DNA of 47,535 bases, counting the filler, from Sphacelaria rigidula (taxonomy: Eukaryota): the NCBI GenBank assembly GCA_964200075.2. It is 2 parts of 2 records of this genome, joined end to end, with 100 filler letters (N's around TTAATTAATTAA, not from the genome) between each part and the next. Parts side by side here need not be neighbours in the genome. Positions count along the whole stretch, not along the records: positions 1 to 23,732 come from CAXNAA020000249.1; positions 23,833 to 47,535 come from CAXNAA020000250.1. The stretch is one strand, 5' to 3'. The translations under genes and the position numbers were made by a program. This document shows, piece after piece, positions 13,077 through 24,656 of this stretch (its first letter is position 1; every line of letters starts with the position of its first letter). Below the pieces are notes generated by a model that was not told where the DNA came from, did no database searches, and saw only the letters and a program-made list of their open reading frames with translations.

Positions 13077-13756
13077 TCGCTAGTTCTTCGGTTTAGTTTT
13101 GGAACAGCACAATGTAGGCCGCTCCAAAACCCGCGACGAACCTCGATGTATTTCGTCGGGCATGTGGTTCCAGTTTTGGAGAGCTGCTTTGTGTCTGCGT
13201 AAACCTGTCTCCGACAACCGCTGGGCGCAATTTTTCGTTCCCTCGCAGTACTTTTAAGCAGGGGGTAAAAAATTATCTCAGGAAATAGGCAGGGGGGGGG
13301 GAGCTTTTTTTCTTGAATCAGGTCGAGCACCCGAGAAAACGTCCCGGAGTCTTTCTACGACAGCCCCCTCCCAGAGAGACAAATCCAGCCCAAAACACTT
13401 TCACACCTTGAAAATACCTCGACCTAACCGTACAATTCAGTACAGTATAGTTCGAGAGCGTCATTAAAGTGGAATTCCGAGGTGTCGTACGTGCCAAGTG
13501 TAAAAACACGTGCGGCAAGAGAGGGAGAGGGACTTGCGTTTTACATACGCGGATATCGTCATCACGGTTGTCGAGCGCAATTCCGTTTCTCGTCGCTCGC
13601 CATTTTAAGAAACTCTTCAAGGTTCGGGTAAAGCTTGGGCGGTAATTTGGGGGGGGGGGGGGGGGGGAATTTTTTCCGTGTGACTAAATTTACACAAAGG
13701 GATCCGCGCTCATCTCCGAGAAGGGCGAAAAAACAACGGATCTTGAAAACATCAGT

Positions 13757-14427
13757 TTGAACACTCAAATGGGGTTGAAATCGCCTTCCGAAAAGTCATA
13801 TGCTACGTGAACAGTTTTGCAAAAATGGACTACGGAGGATTTTATATGTCTGTTGAAACTTCCCCTAGCTTGCCTTGTCGCGCATTGTTGCTCCGGTGTC
13901 TATAACTCCTTTAGTACACTCGAAACGACTCTCACCAGGCGAGGGAAGCCGCTATTAATCGGATTCCCTCATCTCGGGGAAGAAAATTGTGCCAGTTTTT
14001 CTCGGATCCTAGGATAATTCGCAAGGGGCAGGGAGTTTCCCACTTATGAAATTTTCTGCTCATACATTCATGAAACGTTTCTAGCAACGGGAATTCTTTT
14101 CCGAAACACCAACGGCGGTACGTTACTTCTCATGAAAGCATTCCCTCCTTCATCATTTTGAGAGTGTTCGAATTTACTCGGGAACAGTTCTTCATGAAAC
14201 CCTAAGGAAGCGAACGAAAGCATCCTGCCCGCACCTGGTGAGAGCCGTCTCGAATGGGAAAAGGAAATACATATGGCTTTACACACAAGAGAAACAATGC
14301 GCGACAGGGTAAGCTAGGGGAAGTTCCAGCAGGCGAATACTATCCTCAGTTGGTTGCTCTTTGCAAAACTATTTCACGCAACATGTGACTTTTCGGAAGG
14401 CGACTTCAACCCCATTTGAGTGTTCAA
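13757..14427. mobile_element. Foldback/MITE with about 200-bp imperfect terminal inverted repeats
   Basis: ttgaacactcaaatggggttgaaatcgccttccgaaaagtca (13757) pairs with tgacttttcggaaggcgacttcaaccccatttgagtgttcaa (to 14427). Pairing continues inward (aacttcccctagctt / aagctaggggaagtt; ctctcaccagg / cctggtgagag). No clear TSD. Confidence 0.8.
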
Positions 14428-15317
14428 CTTTCGAACGTCCAGCGAAAATGCAGGAAATGTATCGACGACGACGATTTGGGCCTCGAAACAGGGCGTCATT
14501 GTTTTGCCTTGGTGCCAGCGACGTGGGTACTAAACTTCAGGTCAATCGGGCAACAACTCAGTAATGTCCATGCTGTGAATCTATCCACACGTCGAACAAC
14601 TGAAATAATGATTTCGCCCGTATTCAACTTTCGCACGAATCAATCTATTCGCACTTGAAGTACAGTGCGTGCAAGTATTCGATTCGTGATTCGTGGGGCA
14701 CTGCATGGGACGTACGCAATCCTCCTCGTTGTCCACGCGGTACACCCTTGGAGGTCCTTTTTCCTCATCTGCCCATACAGCATGAATCACGCATGCATGT
14801 TTCCCGTTTTCGGTTTGTCTGGCATTGATGGAGCATTCCACGGTTAGGAGAAATGAAATCGTGAGTCAACTCACATTCATCATTTCAACGAATGAATCAT
14901 GCCATTCGTATATCATTGGTAATTTCTGCAGGTTTTGAGGTCGTGACTGGTGCATTACATTGTGAAATATACCTGTCTCCAACCTTCCGTTTACACGGGG
15001 TAAATCCTCGACACGTATTAATCCCCCGTATAAAATGTGGCACACGGCATGAATCACGCGTTTATTTGTACCACTCGCATTTGCGTGCGGAATGAGTGAG
15101 GTCGTCGTTTCCCCAATCAATGATCCGTGCAAGGACTACTGTGATTCGTACATGATTTTGTACTCGTAGTCGCTAGACGCTACTTGGAGGGAACAAAGTC
15201 TTCCTCGTTACTCGCACGATACTATCTCGATCGTATTATTTTCTCAACTACGATTCGTGCAAGAGGAATCAATCCTGTGACACATGAATCGCACTCGACA
15301 GTTATAACGAGTCGACT

Positions 15318-15801
15318 CACACGCATCTTGATTCGTCGAACGTGGTGTCCTGTCTGTCCCCTACCTGCCAACACCACGCCGTGGCGGATATGACGACGTA
15401 ATGCGAAATAATCAATGTGCCCGAATGACCGATCAGGCTGCGCGGTGCACTCCTAAGTGGTTGCACAGTACAGTAGTAGGTAGCCTTCTTTTTGCGCTGT
15501 GCTTTGCTGTCACCCGGGCTGTTTGTCCTTGATGCAGTTCGTGTCTCAGGTGGTTGGACCACACGCATCTTGATTCGTCGAACGTGGTGTCCTGTCTGCC
15601 CCCTACCTGCCAACACCACGCCGTGGTGGATATGACGACGTAATGCGAAATAATCAATGTGCTCGAATAACCGATCAGGGTGCGCGGTGCACTTCTAAGT
15701 GGTTGCACAGTACAGTAGTAGGTAGCCTTCTTTTTGCGCTGTGTTTTGCTGTCACCCGGGCTGTTTGTCCTTGATGTAGTTCGTGTCTCAGGCGGTTGGA
15801 C
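15318..15801. repeat. Direct tandem duplication, 2 x 242 bp
   Basis: Units start cacacgcatcttgattcg at 15318 and 15560 and differ at only a few positions. Confidence 0.95.
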
Positions 15802-17940
15802 CAGCCTGTATCCTGCTGTCTTGGCCAACCGAATCACGGTGTTTGGCACGGTCCACATTTCTACAGGAGCTGCACCTGATATCGTGCCACAATTGTTCCG
15901 GTATACCTGAACGTGACCATTTCCCCTGATTTTTGCCGGTATGATACGAGCGGCCGATTTCAGTTGTTTCTGTGCTCCACGTAACTTCCTCTTATGAAGG
16001 ACGTCGAATAACTCGGGCAGCTTCCCGCCACTCGAAAAGGCAAATTCCTTCAATGCATTTTCGGCCTTTGGCACGATTTTCGCTCGAAAAAACGGCTGCG
16101 CAGGCTATTCATCCCGGAACGGATTCCTGCACTGCTTGAAGGAGTTCTGGGGCACCTCGTCATTTCCAAAGGCCGCATTTTGATATTCGGCGGGACTATC
16201 AATTTCTTGGACAAATTGTCGATTTTTTTAGCCCCAGCTTTTTTTATACGTGTATAGACATTTTGGTGATCGCTTTTAGTATATGCGAAAGTCCCTACTT
16301 CGACCCGAGGTTGAAGTAGGTCCGCTAGAAAATGCGCAAGTGTACTGGAACCCACTTGAGAGATCAGAGCAAATTAGTATAACTAGTGAGTCCGAGATTG
16401 CAGAATCCTTGATATCTCTGCTGGGACTATAAGAGACCCGGCACCGTCGAGGGAGCGCTTTTCCGATAAATTTACTCTTCAAATCCGGAGAATTGATCTA
16501 AACCCGATGGAACGAAAATATGTGCCGAAGCACGGGTGATGGCAGGCACCGACAGTATTATGTTATTCGAGTAATGAATCACAAGATGGCCAGGGGGGAA
16601 ACTGTACAGTAGTGGGCGGTCTAACTTTACAGGGGTGCTTTGGGGTTTTCCTCGCGTACTATTCTTCGATAGAACTCGATAATTGCTAGCGTCGGTAGAT
16701 TTTGGTACAATAAATAGCTCATCCTCGAAACACAGTGCCCAAGTCAGTGTTAGTTGGTGTTATCGGGCAATGAGTAAATGCCCCGTTTATCAGGAGGGCG
16801 TTACTGATCGTGAAACACATTTTTTCGGCTCTAGTGCAATGAGTTGGTAGAATTTCAAAAGAATAGAAACTGTACACTTCTTCACAAATATAATCGGGAC
16901 AGACTCCATCTGCCGAAAATACCGAAGAGGAAGCATCTTGGCTGAAACGTGGCAAGACCCCCCATGACCAGTTAGCCCATAAGTCACTCAATATCGGGTA
17001 CAGATGATTTTTTTTCTTGGAATGTGGAGCGGGTACAAATATCTTCAGATCCTCAATGTGATGAGCGGTGGCAAGCGGAAAGAGCCCAACAAAATCGCCA
17101 ATTACGAAAAAATCACAAAGTGCCACAAAATGAATAGCTGCACCACCCACACTGTATAAACGAAACCTTCATTTTATTAATAGAACATTTTCGAATATAA
17201 CACAAGAAAGAGGATATAACGGGGACGTTGTCAGAATCGCATAGCTCGAAACTATGCAGGAATTAGGTATTACACCATTAATGCACACTACTGTATCCCG
17301 TACATTCTCAGGCCTTCGAGTGCTGCCAGGAGCCCATGCTGACTTTCGTCCGTCATATTGGGGTCTTTTGTGTGGCACACACAAATGGTATGAATATTGT
17401 CCACTCTCTATTCGGCTCTTTTCTCTTTGAGGACGGATGGCTGATATTTTGCAGCAAACATCTCGGCGCGATTTGGATCTTTGCGTTACATTCCCCTTGT
17501 CCTAAGCGCCAAGTGGACATACGCTGTGCCAAGTCTTCTCCTTGTGTATCCCGGTAACAATGCGTGTAGCAGCGAAGGATTTTTTTTCAGTTCCTAATCG
17601 GCCTATTTTTTCTTCTCGTGTGTGAAAATGCGTTTCGTTGTCTCTTCTCCTTCTCTCCATTCATTTTGCTCTGCTCTCTCTATTTTCGTTTCCCCCCTTT
17701 GTCGAGATTCCTCGTCACGGCGAGTGTTACCTTTATACATTTACCTTCGGTACGTCCATCATTAGGATAATGACCACGCCTGGATTGCAAGGGGATTAGT
17801 TGATGTGCGACAGTTAACCAATCAATCGGCAGGATCAGCATGGTTCATTCGTCAGAACGATCTGTGTTGTTTGTAGGTTTGTATTGCTGCCACCTGCGGC
17901 CTTCTGCTGCTGAGCTCACATAATTAGTTGTTGATTACAG

Positions 17941-20900
17941 AGCAATATCAAGGAGAGATACCGACGAGTCCCAGCCCTTACGGTTCCCCTTTCCCAACCC
18001 GCGCAGTCTCTTGATAGACACCCCTTCCCCCCCATCCGATGGCTTCCCCCCATTGCCGTTCCCAGAAGCACATGACAACAGCGATGGCCAACTAGAACAG
18101 TCATCCCGGCCTGTATCCAGCTATCGTAGATCAAGCGCTCTTATTGGAGGAGGAAGCGCCGACGCCGCTAGCAGGAGGGTACCGCCCGAGTTTTCCACCA
18201 CAGGATCAGATAACAGTATCCGGGCACATCTTAGACATGCGAGAGCTGGCCTTGGAGGCGCCCGTGGTTCCCTTTCCGCCGCTCGGCAAGCGGGTCTGAC
18301 TCGCATCGACTCTACTTCACATCGGATGGGCACTGGGAGCCGATTGAATAACGTGCGGGTAGGTGAGGAGCGTGAATTAGCTCCACATGCTGCTTCAACG
18401 AGTACTGTCAGACGGCGGCGTTCGACTGATTCTGGTGAGTCGCTTAAACCGCTCGAACGGTGCTCGCGGTGCGTGTACGCGGAGCGTTGCAGGTCGCAAA
18501 AGCAGCTGCAGCCAGTACTTGCACTTGTTGATCGGGCTTCACGTGACCGTGTTTGTACTATCGTAAATGGCCTTGTGAGACTGATGCATGCGAGAGGTGG
18601 GCCGCGTGTTCGAAAAGTGATTCAATCGCGTTGTATCGTAGAACTACAGGTGTGGCTACTTTGCGGAGCTAGTCGAAGTGCTTTTTTGGTTTGGTACACG
18701 CGACTCTCACCTCAGGAATAGCGCGTATGTCCTCCATTCGGTGGTTCTGACGTTTGCCACACTGCCTCTGTAACCTGCCCTTCCGTACCAACCGGCAGAA
18801 CCCACGACACGGACGTCCGAAGGGGGCGACCCCTTTCACTCTGCCGCCTCGGCGCATCCCGTGGGCAACTTTTCAGGATCGATGATGTTCGAAAGATGCA
18901 ACAGCAGCAACGACAGGCCGGTATCTATCTCGCACCAGACGAGCGCGCGTGTAGTACGAGGAGATGGTGATGGTGCCACTAGGAGAGTAATTCCCGGGTC
19001 GCGCACAACTCGTTCTGGAGTGGCGGCCGGTCGCGCAGTCACGCCCCCGACGGCCGGTTCGGCCGAAGAGCAACGCGCAGTAGCAAGCGGGGCTTACCGC
19101 ACTGCTCGCGCGCTTCGATCTGCTGGGCCCCGTGCCAGCAACGTGCGACGAGAAGATGTGATGGATTCCGCATCGACGGTCGTTCTGAGGTCGAGAATGC
19201 ACGCTAAGCGGGACGGAGAAGGCCTCGGTTGGCGGGGAGGCGCACGGAGCGCTCGTATTTCTAATGCAAATACTAGCCCACTGTCGCGAGCAGGATTGAT
19301 TTCTGCAAGAGCTCCATTAAATCAGAGGGATCCGCAGCCATCACTCGTAGAAAGAACGCGGAGACACCCCACTTCCTTGACCGTGTCGGCGAGACTGGAC
19401 GCTGCCGCAATCGCCATCGATGCGGTAGAAGTTGGAGTACGGTCGGCTTCCGATAGCCTCGGTTCCCTCTTGCATTTGCTTGATTCCCGCCCGACATCGG
19501 TGGCGTCATTCGCTGCCGCCACCACCACCACACAAGACACGGCAGAGTCGCTCCGGGGCTCGCCGGGGGCGCCCACAGCACTCCGTGATTCTACGACATC
19601 CTCTGGTTTTTCACCTGTGAGCATGACTCACTCTACAGAACCGACTTCTCCCAACTTGCACGCTTCACCCGTTGACCATTTCTCACGAGACGAAAGCCGT
19701 TTGGTGCTGCCCCCGGAGTTGTCCGTGGACCGGGTAGACGAGGGGATTGCGGAACGTGGGCAATTGCTAGCCTTCGACGGTCATAGGGAGGCAAGGGTCG
19801 TACAGGGTACTGGCGCGGAAGGAGACATGAATACTGTATTGCCAGGAACAGACGAGACGGATATCCTTCGATGTGTTGCTGACGCTGCGGTGATAGCGCC
19901 ACCGAGGGAAGGGGGGGGCTCAGAGTGTTCTCCTGTCGCGGAAGATTCGGTATCAATTACACAAGGAGTACCTTCTGGTGGAAACAGTAATTCTACTGCC
20001 CTGAGTTTGCTATCACCAGACCGAGCCTCGCCGGTCACAGCTGCCGTGGGTGTTCTGCCCCGGGAACATGAATATAGAAGGCGCTTGGCGAATGAAACGG
20101 TGTCCCATGTTGATGGTGAAGGAGTGATGAGACAATTCAGGAGAGAAACGGGTGGCAACGTCGGTAACGGTGGTAACATTGAAACTCATACCGGTGCCGC
20201 ACGCACGCAATTGGCTTCAACGATACGCACATCTGAGAGCGCTGTCGCATCTTGCGAATCAGAACCGGCAACAGTGATCCCGGCAGCCCATAGCGCCAGC
20301 TGTCCAAATGCCGTCGCTACCCCAGTATGGTGGATGGCCACGGGACCAAGTGAGATGCGCGCGGTGTCATCGCTAACTCCTGCTCCAACTCTCTCCAGAG
20401 GATTGACTACAGCGGGCGAATTAGACACTGCGGCAGGGGCTACCTTGCGTACAAATTCGTCCCCGCCTGTCGCTTCTTCCGCCGGCTCTAGACCGCTGGA
20501 ACGCATCACGGTAGCTCCTGGGGAGCAGCATACAGCTGCTCAGACGATCGGTGATGGGCGATCAATCACCAGTTCTGCTGGTACCGAGGCATGGCCTGCC
20601 AACGCACTGGTAATCCCTGATGGCGAGATGGCAGCTGCGCGGGGCGACGGCGCCAGTAGTAACACGGGAGGTGTCTCCGTAGAAGCGTCCCTCCGGAGGT
20701 TCAGAGCTCCGGTTGAAGGGGTTAGCCGAGAAGATGTAAATCCTGACGCTGGACTGGGAGGAGGACGGGGTGACAGTGCTGGTCGAAGCGGGGAAGACAT
20801 GTCCGTTGAAGCCTTGGTTCAGGAGTCGATGGCTTTCCTTGGCAGAATCGGACGTGCAGATGCACCAGTCGCCCGGTCCAGACCAATGAGCGAACCGGAG

Positions 20901-21959
20901 GTGCAGCCTAGCGAGAGTCAGAGCGTAGAACGGAGTGCAGCCAATTTAGGACCAGCGTTGGTAGGTGGCAGAAGTACCAGTGAGAACCACACTCCCACCA
21001 GTGGTGTCGTAGATGACAGCTCACCGCGAGAGGTGGAGATAGCGGCAGCAATGAACGGCATCGACCAGGAGCGTGCAAGACTAATGTTAGAGATCGCGCG
21101 ACTCCGTGGGCAGCAAAACGAGTCCTTGATCCAACTTCTGCGTCTGCAGCAGGAGCAATTTCTGGTCCGTCAGCGCCAAGTATCCACACTCTCCGATATC
21201 GTGGAGAGCTTCGGTAGAACTGTTGATGCGGCATGGTCGCTGCCTCACGGCGAAGACTCTTCTCTGGGACGTATCAGCGGTGACGTGGTATCCACACTGA
21301 GGCGTGTACTCCGCGTCCTTTTAGCCGCGGTTCCGCGGGTAAATTCCAGCATCAGCGTGGGTGACGGCTCCTTGGCAACCCCGACCCTTCCTGCTATCGC
21401 GTCTACGCCAGTTCCCGCTGTCGGTGCCGAGCCGAGCGAAAACTCATTCAGCGGTGTCACTCCAACAGTGAATCCCGACCTGACGCTGGTTGGCAACAGT
21501 GCTAGTTCCACAGCCAATGTGATTGGAGGCCAGCACGCAGCACGGCCGGCCGGCGACCTTACGCAGGAAGTAATCGACGCCGCACTTGCAGCATTGCCGC
21601 GGCTAGCCGCTGCCGCTTCAGCTATCTCCGGGGCCCGGCGTCTACAGGGACTGGAGCGGGATGGTGGGCAAGGGACCGACGCAGGGAATCATGACGTCCG
21701 TCGGTGCTCGGTGGAGACTATTGCCGCACTGCCCGCAGCGGCGGCACAGTCCTTCGGCTGCATTATTTGTTTATCTGAGGGTGGGACCGAGGCGGGGAAC
21801 CTGTGCCATTTACCATGCGAGCATGTCTTCCATCGGACATGCGTTGGGAAATGGCTGAGGGTGCAAGCGTCATGCCCGACGTGCCGAAGAGAGGTGCCGG
21901 AGTTGACCGCCGCTGGTGCGACGTCGACAGTGCCCGTGGTCCCGCAAGTGCAGAGCTGA
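17941..21959 (+). CDS. RING-H2 zinc-finger E3 ubiquitin ligase with long Ser/Ala/Arg-rich disordered N-terminus; first exon/start unresolved
   Basis: Exon 17941-18434 (acceptor ttacag|, donor G|gtgagt, phase 1) splices in frame to exon 18799-21959 (branch-like ctgtaac, acceptor ggcag|AA). C-terminal CIIC...LPCEHVFHRTCVGKWL...SCPTCR at 21759-21887 is a canonical C3H2C3 RING. Short coiled coil near 21035-21200. Confidence 0.85.
18799..21959 (+). CDS. RING-H2 gene, large terminal exon
   Basis: Uninterrupted ORF of more than 1000 codons ending at TGA 21959; RING-H2 at the C-terminus. Confidence 0.9.
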
Positions 21960-23419
21960 GGGATTGTGTTTGACCGACAGAGATGGTCAGCCGAGCGCTG
22001 TAGAAAACTGCTTGTATGGTCGCCATAAAGGTTGCAAGCGTCATTTAGCTCATCAAATCCATTGCCTTCGGTCCTTGCGGGTTTGGAAATCGCGCTTCTC
22101 TGCAGTTGAAGCCTGACAGTTTGACGGCCATTACTCTAGTCGCTTCTTTGTTGTGTCCAACGGCTTAGAAGGTTTGTGTCTCGTTACCCGGGTAGTGCGT
22201 GCTGCTCGTGCGCTTTTGGCCGGCTGCGTGTGTCTACGCATCCATCTTAAGATGGGCGCTGTACGTGATAGAGACGAAGATGTGCAGAAAGTATTCGTGT
22301 CGACATGCGCCGTGTCACGCAGAGCGACGCGTGTTGAGGGGGCCAAAGCGTTCTACCCACACGAAAGATTTGCACGCTGTTTGATGGCCGGAGCCCACCG
22401 CTGTGATATTTTTCCGGCTGTCGCTCAATTTTAACGTGGTATGTACTATTGTAGGCTTGAGAGCGACATTGTCATGTAGAACTGTGTGCGATTATACGGC
22501 GCATGGATGCTATGCGTGTCAGGTCCATATGCAAAGTAGTGCATGTGGTGTAGGTAGTTTTGGTGGGGAACATATGAATCATGTCGATGCATGCACGAAA
22601 TGTTGGCTTTAACCTACCTTTGTAGTTACGCTGCCGCTTCAATTGTTGCTCACGATACAGTTCTGCCTCGGTGTGGTACTGCGTACGAGAATAGATGATT
22701 GCCTGTGGCGCCAGTCGGACATTCGCCGCCGTGTCGTGCTTTCTTACATACCTTGACGCATCTCAACACATTCTTTAACATGCTGCTTGAAACGCGATGA
22801 CAGCACTGTCATGTTGTAAATAATCAATACGCATCCGAATCCGCATGCTTTAAGTTTCGCCTGACGTCCTGTGCTGGACGCTGTGGGTTCATTGGTATAT
22901 GATACAACGCCACTGAACTTTTCGCAGCTTAACGCTTCAGGCGTAGTGTGGACATCTCAGAACAACATCGCCGGCTACGTTCATTCCGGCACCCTCGACG
23001 CTCAAGCTTAGCTCAACATATCCATTTCGGGGCACACCCCTCCCAAATAATGACACACCGTGGACCCTTGGCCCATGTTTCACTGAAGCAGCGGGTTTTC
23101 CCATATATAAGTGGTCCAAGGTTCATTCATGGCATCTTGAGCCTGTGAGGAAAAAGCGGTTGACCACTCGATGATTTGTTTCAATCTTACAACCATCAGC
23201 TTCTCCAGTCTACTCCCCCCCTTCATTCCATAGCTCACTTTCGTATGTACAACGCACATGCCACGTGAATTCCACGCATCAATCTACAAAGTGTATCACA
23301 TTTTTTTTTCTGCATCCCCGCGATTAAACAATTCACCATGATATAAAGAGAGCATATAAGCTACGCAACTTGAAGACATGGACATCCGTAGCCGCACATG
23401 AAACAAGATGCAGCCCTCA

Positions 23420-23604
23420 TTATCCAGCCCCTATCACACCGCCCGCCTCCATGGCTAAGATTTGCTCCTTCAGCAACCGCAAGGTGCCCATGATCTCATC
23501 TTTGGACTTGCTCCCACTGCCCATTTGGCGACTTGCTTCTCTAGCGGCAGAAGCTGCCGCCCTATCAGCTTCCTGCAGGGCTGCCTTTTCGAAGATACGG
23601 GGAC
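23420..23604 (-). CDS. Terminal exon of an unknown gene (upstream exons lie across the assembly gap)
   Basis: Pyrimidine tract plus catcag| acceptor. Helical-looking peptide PRIFEKAALQEADRAAASAAREASRQ...LRLLKEQILAMEAGGVIGAG*, stop TAA; convergent with the RING gene. Confidence 0.6.
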
Positions 23605-23662
23605 CTGATGCAGGTTCAGTAGGAACGAAAGGAAAGTTGACAATCAGATATACCGCCCTCTC

Positions 23663-23732
23663 AAACAGCCGATCATCTATGTTGAGGATGGTGCTTTTCA
23701 TTGAGGATGAGAACCCGGAGAATGAAAATCTT
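23663..23732. mobile_element. Arm of MITE family also present at 27371-27832, truncated by gap
   Basis: aacagccgatcatctatgttgaggatggtgcttttcattgaggatgagaacccgg matches both TIRs of the 27.4-27.8 kb element. Confidence 0.75.
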
Positions 23733-23832
23733 NNNNNNNNNNNNNNNNNNNNNNNNNNNNNNNNNNNNNNNNNNNNTTAATTAATTAANNNNNNNNNNNN
23801 NNNNNNNNNNNNNNNNNNNNNNNNNNNNNNNN
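23733..23832. other. Assembly gap with artificial TTAATTAATTAA linker
   Basis: N-run, TTAATTAATTAA (stops in all six frames), N-run. Confidence 0.9.
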
Positions 23833-24213
23833 GTGTTTGTCGTTCTGAGAGTCGGTTCGGTGGCGGGTTGGGGGGGGGGGGGGGGGGGGGGGTGGTGTGG
23901 GTGATCTGCATGGAGGTCGATATATTGTATGTGCGGAGTCATTGCTTGTATAGCATGTAAAGCGGTGACAAAGCCAGTACAGGAGCAGGTCCAATGTACA
24001 TGCGGATTGTAGCTACCCTAAGCCTATCCATGGCGCCGTCGGTTTTGCTGCATACACACATCAGTGTTTCCGCTGAGGCAAGTCTTTTGATGCTACACGT
24101 GAATCTGCCTTGTTCGGCCACTTTTCTCGGCGAAAGTGGTGCGGCCGACGGAACTTTTGAATCTCTCGCTGTCTCTCGCGTTCATTTTTTACTTGTTTTC
24201 GAGATTTGAGGTG

Positions 24214-24400
24214 TCAGATCCTCAATACAAATACAACTGCGCTTTCTTTGGGCATTTCGTTGCAGTAGATTGTCGTGTCGATCGAGAAAGCAAGATCGGC
24301 ATTTTGAGCGATCAGATCCTCAGTACAGTCACGCTTTCTTTGGGCATTTCGTTGCAGTAGATTGTCGTCGTGTCGATCGAGATGGTCGGCATTCTGGCGC
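24214..24400. repeat. Imperfect tandem duplication (period about 98 bp) upstream of the gene at 24657
   Basis: tcagatcctca...cgctttctttgggcatttcgttgcagtagattgtcg...gtcgatcgaga at 24214 and 24312. Confidence 0.85.
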
Positions 24401-24656
24401 GAAAATCAACGACTCACCAAATGCCACACGCTGGTGCTTAATCGAGCTATTTACTTGCTGGTGGAGAATTTATTTGCAACCCCCGATCTTTTCGGAGCGC
24501 ATTTCCCGCGCCCTTCGCTCCCCACACGCATCATCACAAGTCATCATTGTTGCGGTGCGAAGGACGATCGTCAGGATCAAAGCACAAGCAAAACAGCACA
24601 ACAAATCGGCAGCACCAATTAGTACTGTAAAGCAGTGGCGACAGTGCCGGAGAGGC

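Noticed and set aside
15433-16074. 213-aa ORF as an intact gene
   Set aside because: Non-ATG start, and its 3' half is read-through into the 242-bp tandem duplication.
18873-21858. Many antisense or alternative-frame ORFs over the RING gene
   Set aside because: Shadow ORFs of a GC-rich coding exon.
23777-23788. TTAATTAATTAA as a biological motif or piggyBac TSD
   Set aside because: Embedded between N runs; an artificial six-frame-stop scaffold linker.
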